DNA from: Candidatus Omnitrophota bacterium | GTDB lineage: Bacteria; Omnitrophota; Omnitrophia; Omnitrophales; Aquincolibacteriaceae | Length of the DNA: 64,000 nt | Assembly (NCBI GenBank): GCA_016930235.1 | Contig: JAFGHI010000030.1 | Span: 43,834 to 107,833, forward strand | Reading direction: 5' to 3' | In this document: one piece after another, positions 1 to 8,928 of the stretch | How the letters are laid out: every line of letters begins with the position of its first letter | Position numbering within the stretch: the first letter of the stretch is position 1 | Notes under the pieces: generated by a model | What the model was told of the DNA's origin: nothing | Seen by the model: the letters and a program-made list of their open reading frames with translations, nothing else | The model's database searches: none | Position numbers and translations under genes: made by a program

Positions 1-769
1 AATTTCGCTGGAAGAGTATAAGAAGATATTGAGCTCCAGGACCAAGATTATTTCGGTTGCGCATATCTCCAATGCCCTTGGGACTATCCATCCTATCCGT
101 GAAATGATACGCTTGGGCCATAACGCAGGGGCGGTCGTTGTGATTGACGGGGCTCAAGGGGCGGCTCATCAGAGAACGGATGTCCAAGAGCTGGATTGTG
201 ATTTTTACTGTTTTTCGGGGCATAAGATCTACGGACCGACCGGTGTCGGTGTCCTTTACGGCAAACGCGAACTCCTTGAAAAAATGGATCCTTATCAGTT
301 CGGCGGCGAGATGATTGAAAGGGTGACATTTGAAAAAACCACTTTTGCCAAGCCTCCGCTCAAATTTGAAGCGGGAACTCCTGCCATTGCTCAGATTGTG
401 GGCTTAGGGCCTGCGCTTGATTATGTTGAGAAAATCGGTTTTGAAAAGATCGCGGCGTATGAAAAAGAACTTCTCACCGAGGCCACAAAGAAGATATCTC
501 AGGTTAAAGGGGTCCGGATTATCGGACAGGCTTCTGAGAAGGCCGCGATTATTTCTTTTGTGATGGAGGATGTGCACCCTCATGATATCGGAACGATTGT
601 CGATCAATCGGGTGTGGCGATCCGAACCGGACATCATTGTGCTCAACCGGCCATGCGGCGTTTCGGCATCCCGGCAACGGCGCGTGCCTCGTTTACCTTT
701 TATAACCTCAAAGAGGAGATTGATGTTTTAATCGGAGCTCTTCATCATGTTTACGAGGTGTTGAAATGA
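1..769 (+). CDS. sufS: Cysteine desulfurase SufS/NifS, C-terminal part (5' end lies outside the window)
   Basis: The translation has the class V aminotransferase C-terminal domain with a GHHCAQP catalytic-Cys motif and HKIYGPTGVGVLYG. The ORF runs to the window edge, and a SUF-type partner gene follows it. Confidence 0.85.
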   Translation, partial: ISLEEYKKILSSRTKIISVAHISNALGTIHPIREMIRLGHNAGAVVVIDGAQGAAHQRTDVQELDCDFYCFSGHKIYGPTGVGVLYGKRELLEKMDPYQFGGEMIERVTFEKTTFAKPPLKFEAGTPAIAQIVGLGPALDYVEKIGFEKIAAYEKELLTEATKKISQVKGVRIIGQASEKAAIISFVMEDVHPHDIGTIVDQSGVAIRTGHHCAQPAMRRFGIPATARASFTFYNLKEEIDVLIGALHHVYEVLK

Positions 770-1203
770 TTCCGGAACCCAAACTTAACGATCTTTATCA
801 GGAAGTGATCTTAGACCACAATCGCCGTCCCAGGAATTTCAAGGAGATCCCAAACCCGAGTCATTATTCTCACGGGTACAATCCACTTTGCGGAGATGAT
901 TTCCATCTTTATCTTCGGGTCGAAGGGGGAATCATCCAGGATGTCGGCTTTAAGGGACAGGGATGTGCTATCTCCAAATCAAGCGCTTCGATTCTGACTT
1001 CGATGATAAAAGGTAAGTCGCTTGAAGATGCAAGAAAACTTGCAGGCGATTTTATTGATTTTATGGTTGAAGAAAACAAGGGTGATTTAAAATCCCGGAT
1101 CGGGCGGCTTTCCATTTATGAAGGGGTTAAAGAGTTTCCGGTCCGCGTCAAATGTACAACCCTTATCTTTCATGCGCTTCAGGATGCAGCGAAGGATTCC
1201 TAA
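766..1203 (+). CDS. sufU: SufU/IscU-like Fe-S cluster assembly scaffold
   Basis: It carries the NPLCGD motif and GCAISKSSAS, and at 145 aa has a typical SufU length. Its start overlaps the sufS stop by 4 bp. Confidence 0.8.
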   Translation: MIPEPKLNDLYQEVILDHNRRPRNFKEIPNPSHYSHGYNPLCGDDFHLYLRVEGGIIQDVGFKGQGCAISKSSASILTSMIKGKSLEDARKLAGDFIDFMVEENKGDLKSRIGRLSIYEGVKEFPVRVKCTTLIFHALQDAAKDS

Positions 1204-1212
1204 GATGAGCTT

Positions 1213-1238
1213 GAATTTTCCGAACGTTCGGAAAATTC
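1213..1238. repeat. Perfect 26-nt palindrome GAATTTTCCGAAC|GTTCGGAAAATTC, 10 bp after the sufU stop
   Basis: The inverted repeat is read directly from the sequence. No U-tract follows it. Confidence 0.5.
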
Positions 1239-1290
1239 AAGGATAGAAAACGTTGATCTTTTATACCATGAAGTTTGCTCCTGAAGAAAT

Positions 1291-2382
1291 GTGAGGTGGA
1301 AAATGAAAAAAAACTTTTTGATTTCGACTTTGTGGATGATTTTGTTGTGTTTTTGTTTCATATTTTCGGGCCAGGCTTATGCGGATGGAGTACCGAATCT
1401 TGCGCATCAATCCCCGACGGGATTGACGGGGATGGAAGACGGTGTCAAGACAACCGCCGAGGGCGGCACGACGACGCAGACACAAACCACGAGTGAAACC
1501 GAAACGCATCCCAGCGGGACGAAGGTCAAAACGACGACGGTCACCAAAGTCAAGGTTACCCATAAGGATGGTTCCAATACGGATACGACAACCACAAAGA
1601 AGGAACTGGAGAATCAAGAGACCACGAAAGACGGTAAAACCTATACGAAAACCAAGACGACGACAATTACCAAAACCGAGCGCGAAACCAGTGCCAACGG
1701 TGAAACGGATACAACAACGACAAAAACGGTTGGCCGTACGACCTATTCGGAGCCCGATCAAGATGGTGTTTCAAAAGCAACCAGCGTGGAGACAAGGCCT
1801 ACGGTAGTCCGGGAAACAGATAGTGAGGGGAATGAATTTACGACTTACACCGATTCCGAAGGCAATCGGGTGACTGTTAAAGAGTGGGCGGATGGGGAAC
1901 AGGTCGATACACATACGGAATATCCGAGTGGGACTCTGCAGTCGCATACGGATTTTAAAGACGGTTCATCGACAACATATACGACATATCCGGATAGCAG
2001 CAGTCACGAATTCAGCACGGATAAAGACGGCAATACGACCGAGGTCGACCGCTATCAGGACGGACGTCAGAAGTGGGAATACCGGGACAAGAATGAAAAG
2101 CTGACCAAAAAAATCCTTGTCTACAAGGACGGCCGGACCAAAGTGATTGAATATGATGAAAATGAAGAGCCGGTCAAGGTCGAGAAGTATGACAAAGACG
2201 GAAAATTGATTAAAACCGAGTACCCCCAAAAGGAAGATGATATCAGTTGGGGGGATTTCGGGGATGATGTGGGACTCGTGGCCGGCGGTGGGGCTGGGGC
2301 ATTGGGCCGTGAGATTGCGGTGATGCCGGACACCTCTGCTGTGGGGGATCACGATCCGTTTCAGGACGACATGATGAGTTGA
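1291..2382 (+). CDS. Secreted low-complexity protein with a signal peptide, a Thr/Lys-rich region and ~11-12-aa Y-x-D/K-D-G repeats
   Basis: The N-terminus is hydrophobic and ends in AYA|DG. It is followed by long TTTT/KT runs and then repeated xYxDGxxxxxx units (TYTDSEGN..., VYKDGRTKVIEY, KYDKDGKLIKTEY). The gene is convergent with metH. Confidence 0.6.
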   Translation: MRWKMKKNFLISTLWMILLCFCFIFSGQAYADGVPNLAHQSPTGLTGMEDGVKTTAEGGTTTQTQTTSETETHPSGTKVKTTTVTKVKVTHKDGSNTDTTTTKKELENQETTKDGKTYTKTKTTTITKTERETSANGETDTTTTKTVGRTTYSEPDQDGVSKATSVETRPTVVRETDSEGNEFTTYTDSEGNRVTVKEWADGEQVDTHTEYPSGTLQSHTDFKDGSSTTYTTYPDSSSHEFSTDKDGNTTEVDRYQDGRQKWEYRDKNEKLTKKILVYKDGRTKVIEYDENEEPVKVEKYDKDGKLIKTEYPQKEDDISWGDFGDDVGLVAGGGAGALGREIAVMPDTSAVGDHDPFQDDMMS

Positions 2383-2400
2383 CTTTTTTCGGGTAACGTT

Positions 2401-5400
2401 CTAAACGGTAAAATATTTTGCTTGGGGATGATAAACAACAATTGCTGAAGTCGATTGTTCGGGGACCAATTGAAATTCTTCGGTGAGGGAAACCCCAATT
2501 TTTTCCGCAGGAAGAATCTGAAATAGTTTCTTCTGATCTTCGAGATTTGGGCACGCCGGATATCCGAAGCTGTAACGCGATCCCTGATAACCCTGCTTAA
2601 AGATTTCCTCTTTGCTTGCTTGATCTAAGGTGTGAATACCCAAGTCACGCCGAATCAGAAAATGGACGTATTCGGCCAGGGCCTCAGCGGTTTCGACCGA
2701 TAATCCGTGAAGATGAAAATATTCCGAATATTGATCCTTGGAAAATTTTTCTCGAGAAAATTCCGATGCGCGCGGACCGATGGTGACGATCTGGAAAGCT
2801 ACGACGTCCGGCTTGCCGGAATCTTTGGAACGGAAAAAGTCCGGAATCGAAAGGTAAGGCGATTTCTTCTGCCGCGGGAATTCAAAACGTATGATTTCTT
2901 TTTTCTTCGATTCATCCAGAATGATAAGACTATTTCCCTCGCTCAAACAGGGGTAAAAGCCATAAATTACGCGCGGCTCCAGGATTTTTTCCTTAATGCA
3001 TTTTCGCTTCAACTCTTCAAAAAGCGGTTCGACCTTCTCTTTAAGCAGCTTTTCGTAATCCGTTTTCGAGGTATTTCCTTGCCGGAACTGCCACTGCCCC
3101 TTAAAAAGCGCAATTTTGTTGATCCAGGGATAAACATCCTCCAAGCGGATATTTTTAAGAATTTGGTAGCCCCAAAAAGGCGGTTTGGGAACCGGATCCC
3201 GGTGAACCATATTTGAGAAAACGCGAGGAGCCTTTGTGCTTTCTAGAATTCCTTCCATTTTTTTCCCGCGGACCCGGATCGTTTTTGTTGCTTTTTCATT
3301 CCAATCGGGATCCGTGATCTGATCCATGATGCGGAGTCCTGAAAAAGCATCCTGGCCGTAAAAGACGTTTCCACGGTAAAGGCCGGCAAGGTCATCCTCG
3401 ACATATTTCTTGGTCAGCGCGGCACCCCCGCAGATGACGGGCAAGGTGATGTTGCGATCATTCATTTCTTCCAGGTCCTGCTTCATGACGAGTGTTGACT
3501 TGACAAGCAGACCCGACAAACCGATGGCATCAGCCTTATGTTCTTCCGCGGCTTTCAAAATGACATCAATGGGCTGTTTGATTCCTAGATTGATGACCCG
3601 GTAACCGTTATTGGTGAGAATAATGTCGACAAGATTTTTTCCGATATCATGGACGTCGCCTTTTACCGTTGCCAAAACCATCGTGCCTTTTTCTTTGCCC
3701 GAGATCTTATCCATGTAAGGTTCAAGATGAGAGACGGCTTTCTTCATGACCTCGGCAGATTTCAGGACAAAGGGAAGCTGCATCTTTCCCGCCCCAAAAA
3801 GTTCACCGACCGTTTTCATAGCAACCAAAAGCAAGTTGTTAATGATCTCAAGGGGTGAATACTTTTTTCTTGCTTCTTCGAGCAGTTTTTCAAGTCCTTG
3901 GGCATCACCATCGATAATTTTGTTTTTAAGTCCGTCTTCCGGGCAGAGGGTTTCTTTTTTCTCTCCGGGGCTTAGAGTTTTTGACTGGACGGCGTCAAAA
4001 TGCTTGATAAGTTCAAGTAAGGGATCCCGTTGGGATGTCCGTTTGTTATGGATCAAGTTCTTTGCCAGTTCCAATGCCGCCGGGTTGATTTTGTAGGGCG
4101 GCAAAATTCGTTTGGCATGTACGATCGCGGCATCCAAGCCCGCCTGAATGGCTTCGTTGAGGAAAACGCTATTGACGGTTTGCCGGGCCAAAGGAGATAA
4201 GCCGAAGGAGATATTGCTGACCCCCAGAATTGTCCGGGCCCCCGGAATTTTGGATTTGATCAGCTTGATGGCTTCAAGTGTTTCAATGGCTGCCCCATAA
4301 AATTCAGGGTCTCCGCTTCCCAAAGTGAATGTCAGTGTGTCAAAGAAAATATCTTCAGGCGAAATTCCGTATTTTTGTGTAGTGAGATCGAAAATCCTTT
4401 TGGCGATCTCGAATTTTTTGTCTTTGGTTTTTGCCATTCCTTCTTCGTCAATCGTGAGAGCAATTAAAGCGGCGCCATATTTTTTGGCGAGCGGGCAGAT
4501 TGCTTCCAGGCGTTTTTCGCCGTCCTCGAGATTGATGGAGTTGATCATGGTCTTGCCGCCGATCAATTTGAGGGCGGCTTCGATTGCAGGAGGTTCTGTC
4601 GAATCAATGACCAGGGGAGCCGTGATCTGCTGTTGAAACCGGAAGATCGTTTCGTGCATATCCTTGATCTCATCGCGGCCGGTCAGGGCGACACAGACAT
4701 CAATCATGTGCGCGCCTTCCTTGACGGCTTCCCGGGCGACGCTGATTAGGTTATCGTAATCATTTCGTTCAAGGATTTGCTTGAATTTTCGGCTTCCATT
4801 TGCATTGGTCTGCTCACCGATTAAAAGAGGGGGCGGTTCCTGCTGGAAGCTGACACTCGTATAAAGGCTTGCGCAGCCGGGTTGAAATATCGGGGCCCGC
4901 TTTTTGGGTTTGAGAGACCGGACACGATTGACAACCTCACGGAGGTGATCGGCTGTTGTCCCACAGCACCCGCCGACAATGTTGACTCCGAATTCTTTGA
5001 CGAAACGCTCATGATAATCGGCGAATTCCTTCGGTGTGAGTTTGTAGTGGGCAACCCCGCCAATATTTTCCGGCAAGCCGGCATTCGGAACAGCTGAAAT
5101 AGGTTTTGTTGAATTGTCACAAAGGAATCGAAGGGGGTCTGCCATTTCTTGAGGTCCCGTTGCGCAATTCATCCCTAAGGTGATTACAGGCAGCATCTCG
5201 AGGGATTGAATGACCGCGCTCATTTCCGTTCCCAGCAGCATCGATCCCGTTTGTTCAAACGTGACTTGCACCATGACGGGAAGTCGTTTGTTCTTTTTCT
5301 TAAAACATTCCTCGGCGGCTAGAACAGCAATTTTTGCTTGAAGAAGATCTTGGCATGTTTCAATGATAAGCGCATCCACACCGCCTTGTATAAGGCCGTC

Positions 5401-5832
5401 GATCTGCTCCTGATAAACAGGCAGGAGTTGATCAAAATGAATGTGTCCGAGGGAGGGAAGTTTCGTTCCGGGACCGATGGAGCCCAGGACAAACCTTGGT
5501 TTGGATTCCGAGCTATATGCGTCAGCCGCTTCTCGTGCCAGCCGGGCGGCTTTTTCGTTGATTTCAAAGGTCCGGTCCTGAAGGCCATATTCTGCGAGTG
5601 TGATGCTGGCGGCTCCAAAGGTGTTTGTCTCAATGGCATCACAACCTGCCTCGAGAAAGCCATTGTGGATATCACGAATGACAGCAGGCTTGGTGATGGC
5701 AAGGTATTCGTTGCAGCCATCCTTATGGCCGTAGTCTTCAGGCCGTAGTTTGAGGCGCTGGATGTTGGTCCCCATCGCTCCGTCAAGAACCACGACTTTT
5801 TCTTTAATCGCATCTAAAAAAGGACATGACAT
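2401..5832 (-). CDS. metH: Cobalamin-dependent methionine synthase MetH (Hcy-binding, pterin-binding, B12-binding and AdoMet-activation modules)
   Basis: It is 1143 aa. The N-terminus LDGAMGTNIQ matches the Hcy S-methyltransferase domain. A GDVHDIGKN B12-binding motif is present. The C-terminal reactivation domain is also present. Confidence 0.9.
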   Translation of the reverse strand: MSCPFLDAIKEKVVVLDGAMGTNIQRLKLRPEDYGHKDGCNEYLAITKPAVIRDIHNGFLEAGCDAIETNTFGAASITLAEYGLQDRTFEINEKAARLAREAADAYSSESKPRFVLGSIGPGTKLPSLGHIHFDQLLPVYQEQIDGLIQGGVDALIIETCQDLLQAKIAVLAAEECFKKKNKRLPVMVQVTFEQTGSMLLGTEMSAVIQSLEMLPVITLGMNCATGPQEMADPLRFLCDNSTKPISAVPNAGLPENIGGVAHYKLTPKEFADYHERFVKEFGVNIVGGCCGTTADHLREVVNRVRSLKPKKRAPIFQPGCASLYTSVSFQQEPPPLLIGEQTNANGSRKFKQILERNDYDNLISVAREAVKEGAHMIDVCVALTGRDEIKDMHETIFRFQQQITAPLVIDSTEPPAIEAALKLIGGKTMINSINLEDGEKRLEAICPLAKKYGAALIALTIDEEGMAKTKDKKFEIAKRIFDLTTQKYGISPEDIFFDTLTFTLGSGDPEFYGAAIETLEAIKLIKSKIPGARTILGVSNISFGLSPLARQTVNSVFLNEAIQAGLDAAIVHAKRILPPYKINPAALELAKNLIHNKRTSQRDPLLELIKHFDAVQSKTLSPGEKKETLCPEDGLKNKIIDGDAQGLEKLLEEARKKYSPLEIINNLLLVAMKTVGELFGAGKMQLPFVLKSAEVMKKAVSHLEPYMDKISGKEKGTMVLATVKGDVHDIGKNLVDIILTNNGYRVINLGIKQPIDVILKAAEEHKADAIGLSGLLVKSTLVMKQDLEEMNDRNITLPVICGGAALTKKYVEDDLAGLYRGNVFYGQDAFSGLRIMDQITDPDWNEKATKTIRVRGKKMEGILESTKAPRVFSNMVHRDPVPKPPFWGYQILKNIRLEDVYPWINKIALFKGQWQFRQGNTSKTDYEKLLKEKVEPLFEELKRKCIKEKILEPRVIYGFYPCLSEGNSLIILDESKKKEIIRFEFPRQKKSPYLSIPDFFRSKDSGKPDVVAFQIVTIGPRASEFSREKFSKDQYSEYFHLHGLSVETAEALAEYVHFLIRRDLGIHTLDQASKEEIFKQGYQGSRYSFGYPACPNLEDQKKLFQILPAEKIGVSLTEEFQLVPEQSTSAIVVYHPQAKYFTV

Positions 5833-5952
5833 AAGTCGTTATTCTAACATAGCATGGGAAATCGAACAGGGGATATTTTATCCCAGCCGGGAGGGAGACG
5901 GACGATATTAAGCTTTGCAAGCTCTTCAAGCTAAGATATTATTCGTGACCAT

Positions 5953-6834
5953 ATGAAGATATCGGAATGTTATCAAACGGCGAAGCCGGCGATTTCATTT
6001 GAGTTATTTCCGCCCAAAACGGAGGAAGGGGAGAAAAAACTCTATGAAACCGTCGCTCAGCTGAAGACCTTAGATCCTGCTTTTGTGTCCGTGACTTACG
6101 GTGCTATGGGAACGACGCGCGTCAATACGCTCAGGATCGTTTCCGCCATCAAGAATAAAATCGGACTCGAAACGGCGGCCCACTTGACCTGTGTCGGCCA
6201 CAGTCAGGACGAGATCGAAAAAATATTAGAGGAGCTCAAAGAAAATCATATCGAAAATATCATGGCCTTACGGGGTGATCCTCCCGAAGGTGAAAAGGAA
6301 TACAAGAGCGTTCAAAACGGTTTTCGTTACGCTTCCGAACTTGTCCGTTTTATCCGCCGGCATCCTGTGTACGGAAAGGTTTTCTCACTCGCTGTAGCAG
6401 GTTATCCGGAAGGTCATTTGGAATGCCGTGACAAAAAAAAGGATCTAGAGCATTTAAAAAAGAAAGTGGATGAGGGCGCGGATGTTATCATCACACAACT
6501 TTTTTTCCAAAACCGGGATTATTTTGATTTTGTTGAGCGCTCACGGAGCGTGGGCATTCACATTCCGATTGTGCCGGGGATTATGCCCGTGACTCACGGT
6601 CCGCAAATTGAAAAATTTGCGTCCATGTGCGGGTCTGCGATTCCTGCTGTCATGAAAGAAGCGATTCTCAAATTCGGAGAAGATCAAACAGCGATCGAAG
6701 CCTTTGGCATTGATTACGCGACCCGGCAATGCGAGGAATTATTAAATCACCAAGTCCCCGGACTTCATTTTTATACCCTCAATAAATCGTGGTCGACTCA
6801 AAAGATCACACGCAACCTGGGTTTGGGACGCTAG
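5953..6834 (+). CDS. metF: 5,10-methylenetetrahydrofolate reductase
   Basis: FELFPPKT...VSVTYGAMGTTR is typical of MetF, and the gene is divergent from metH. Confidence 0.9.
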   Translation: MKISECYQTAKPAISFELFPPKTEEGEKKLYETVAQLKTLDPAFVSVTYGAMGTTRVNTLRIVSAIKNKIGLETAAHLTCVGHSQDEIEKILEELKENHIENIMALRGDPPEGEKEYKSVQNGFRYASELVRFIRRHPVYGKVFSLAVAGYPEGHLECRDKKKDLEHLKKKVDEGADVIITQLFFQNRDYFDFVERSRSVGIHIPIVPGIMPVTHGPQIEKFASMCGSAIPAVMKEAILKFGEDQTAIEAFGIDYATRQCEELLNHQVPGLHFYTLNKSWSTQKITRNLGLGR

Positions 6835-6840
6835 GACTTT

Positions 6841-7302
6841 CTACTTCTTTCCCGATAGGGCTTCAGTCACTTCCACTTGGTGATAGGATTCTTCGATGGC
6901 TTTGCGGATCGCTGTCGGAACGCAGAGGACGGTATCGATTTGGGTGACTTTTGCGAGTTGTTTGATTTCTTCTTCCGGCCAAAGGTGAATCGGATTTCCA
7001 ATACCAAGGGTGAGCTTATCGCGATAAAGTTCAATCGGAAGGATATTATATTTTTGAGCCACACTTTTAGGAATAAGGGCAACCGCCTTAGGATTAATGC
7101 GCGTACGGCTTAAATCCACAAACCGCATGACATATTGTTCTGCAAGTGCTTTGTAGAGAAGATGTTCGTGAACCAGACCTTTACGGATTAGGATCTCACC
7201 GATTAATTCCTTTGTGCGCTCCTGCTCCTCAAGGGCGTCCTTTAATTGATCCCAAGTTAGGAGTTTCTTTTGGATGAGAATTTCACCGATTCGCCATGAC
7301 AT
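6841..7302 (-). CDS. Standalone MshEN / GspE-N-terminal domain protein, a putative c-di-GMP receptor
   Basis: It carries two tandem 24-residue MshEN motifs, RIGEILIQKKLLTWDQLKDALEEQ and LIGEILIRKGLVHEHLLYKALAEQ. The rest of the protein resembles the T2SE N-terminal domain. It has no ATPase domain. Confidence 0.7.
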   Translation of the reverse strand: MSWRIGEILIQKKLLTWDQLKDALEEQERTKELIGEILIRKGLVHEHLLYKALAEQYVMRFVDLSRTRINPKAVALIPKSVAQKYNILPIELYRDKLTLGIGNPIHLWPEEEIKQLAKVTQIDTVLCVPTAIRKAIEESYHQVEVTEALSGKK

Positions 7303-7391
7303 AATGTTAGTAACCTATTTTGCTTGCTGATTTTACGTGGGATATTCATTTTTGGCAAGCTTCTTCATCCGGAGAGGTTCTCTGCCTTTGA

Positions 7392-7421
7392 TTGACACTT
7401 CTGATCTGCCTGTAATATAAT
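7392..7421 (+). promoter_or_regulatory. Sigma70-like promoter upstream of lysS (TTGACA-N18-TATAAT)
   Basis: TTGACA lies at 7392-7397 and TATAAT at 7416-7421, about 45 nt before the lysS start. Confidence 0.4.
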
Positions 7422-7467
7422 TCACGTTTAGTTTATAACCCGTTAAAAATGAACATGTAAGGAAAAA

Positions 7468-8895
7468 ATGAAACATAAAGAATGTGCCTACGGCGGGCGG
7501 TTTCTGCCTATGGAGTCTATTGAGACCCTCAGAAAAGAGTTCAAAGAAGGCCGCCAAGTCAAAATTGCGGGGCGTTTGATGTCCCGGCGGATCATGGGAA
7601 AAAGTACTTTTTCGGACTTAAAGGATCAGAATGGCCGTATTCAAATCTACGCCAAGAAAGATGTGCTCGGGGAAGAACTCTATCATGTCTTCACCTCTTT
7701 GAATATCGGGGATATCCTGGGCATTGAGGGAATTTTGTTCACTTCCAAAACAGGTGAACCTACGGTGCGCATTGAAAATTTCAAGGTCCTCTCGACGATT
7801 GTCCGGACTTTACCTGAAAAATGGCACGGCCTGAAGGATATTGAGACACGCTACCGTCACCGGTATGTTGATTTGATTGTCAATGATGATGTCCGCAAGA
7901 TTTTCAAAAAACGCAGTGATATCATCCGGGGGATACGCCAATTTTTAGACGACCGCGGATTTATGGAAGTGGAAACTCCCATGATGCAGCCGATTCCAGG
8001 CGGCGCTCGAGCAAAACCCTTCGTGACGCATCATAACGCACTTCATACCGATTTATATCTGCGAGTCGCTCCAGAACTTTATCTCAAAAGGCTCTTAGTC
8101 GGCGGGTTTGAGAAAGTCTATGAAATTAACCGGAACTTTCGCAATGAAGGGGTCTCCGTGCGCCATAATCCGGAATTTACGATGCTGGAAGTTTATCAGG
8201 CTTATGCGGATTACACGGACATGATGGAAATCACCGAAGAACTGATTTCCGGTTTGGTCAAGGAATGCTACGGCAAAGAGGAAATTCCTTTCGGTGACAA
8301 GACCCTTAACTTTAAGCGGCCGTGGAAGAGGATCTCTTTCTATGATGCGATTCAAGAAAAAACGGGTATTGATTTCCGCAAGATAAAGATTCGTGAAGGG
8401 GCCAAGAAATTAAAGATCGAAAGGTTGAGCGAGCTCAATGAAATGGAAGAGGTCGACATCTTAAATGAAATCTTTGATGAGGTGCTCCAAGACGAATTGT
8501 GGCATCCGACCTTTGTGATTGATTATCCGACGGTGATGACGCCTTTGGCCAAGGCCAAAGAAGAGGACCCCGATCTTGTTTACCGATTTGAGCTTTTCAT
8601 TGCCAAGATGGAGTTAGCGAATGCCTTTTCGGAACTTAATGACCCGATGATCCAAAGGGAACGTTTGACGGTTCAAAAAGAGATGATCGGAGAACACAAG
8701 GTGATTGATGAGGACTTCCTTATGGCTCTTGAATATGGGATGCCTTCAGCGGGTGGTTTGGGGATCGGAATTGACCGCTTGGTGATGCTGTTGACAAATC
8801 AGCATTCGATCCGGGAAGTGATTTTATTTCCGCAGCTGAAACCGGAAAAACCGGTCGCTGATTTGGACGGTGATGATGACGAAGGAAAAAAATAA
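7468..8895 (+). CDS. lysS: Lysyl-tRNA synthetase, class II
   Basis: It has an OB anticodon-binding domain (GRLMSRRIMGKSTFSDLKDQNGRIQIY) and class II motifs. The N-terminal extension is short. Confidence 0.9.
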   Translation: MKHKECAYGGRFLPMESIETLRKEFKEGRQVKIAGRLMSRRIMGKSTFSDLKDQNGRIQIYAKKDVLGEELYHVFTSLNIGDILGIEGILFTSKTGEPTVRIENFKVLSTIVRTLPEKWHGLKDIETRYRHRYVDLIVNDDVRKIFKKRSDIIRGIRQFLDDRGFMEVETPMMQPIPGGARAKPFVTHHNALHTDLYLRVAPELYLKRLLVGGFEKVYEINRNFRNEGVSVRHNPEFTMLEVYQAYADYTDMMEITEELISGLVKECYGKEEIPFGDKTLNFKRPWKRISFYDAIQEKTGIDFRKIKIREGAKKLKIERLSELNEMEEVDILNEIFDEVLQDELWHPTFVIDYPTVMTPLAKAKEEDPDLVYRFELFIAKMELANAFSELNDPMIQRERLTVQKEMIGEHKVIDEDFLMALEYGMPSAGGLGIGIDRLVMLLTNQHSIREVILFPQLKPEKPVADLDGDDDEGKK

Positions 8896-8928
8896 GAAAA
8901 ACGGGTCAGGGATTTTAAAAGAGGTTTT

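Noticed and set aside
1407-1807. Arg-rich 121-aa ORF (1442..1807, +) and Val-rich ORF (1407..1595, -) overlapping the Thr-repeat gene
   Set aside because: These are alternative-frame and antisense readings of the repetitive ACG/ACC/AAA codon tract, so their low-complexity translations are artefacts. The signal-peptide-bearing frame is the coherent one.
2707-5813. Several 60-170-aa ORFs on both strands inside the metH coordinates (for example 2707..3216, 3746..4096, 5319..5813 and 5338..5748)
   Set aside because: They lie wholly within a 1143-aa ORF whose translation is methionine synthase from end to end. They have no motifs or RBS context, so they are spurious.
5833-5952. Possible SAM riboswitch or T-box in the divergent metH/metF intergenic region
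   Set aside because: I looked for SAM-I/SAM-II conserved cores and a T-box specifier or anti-terminator and found none. The region likely holds just two divergent promoters.
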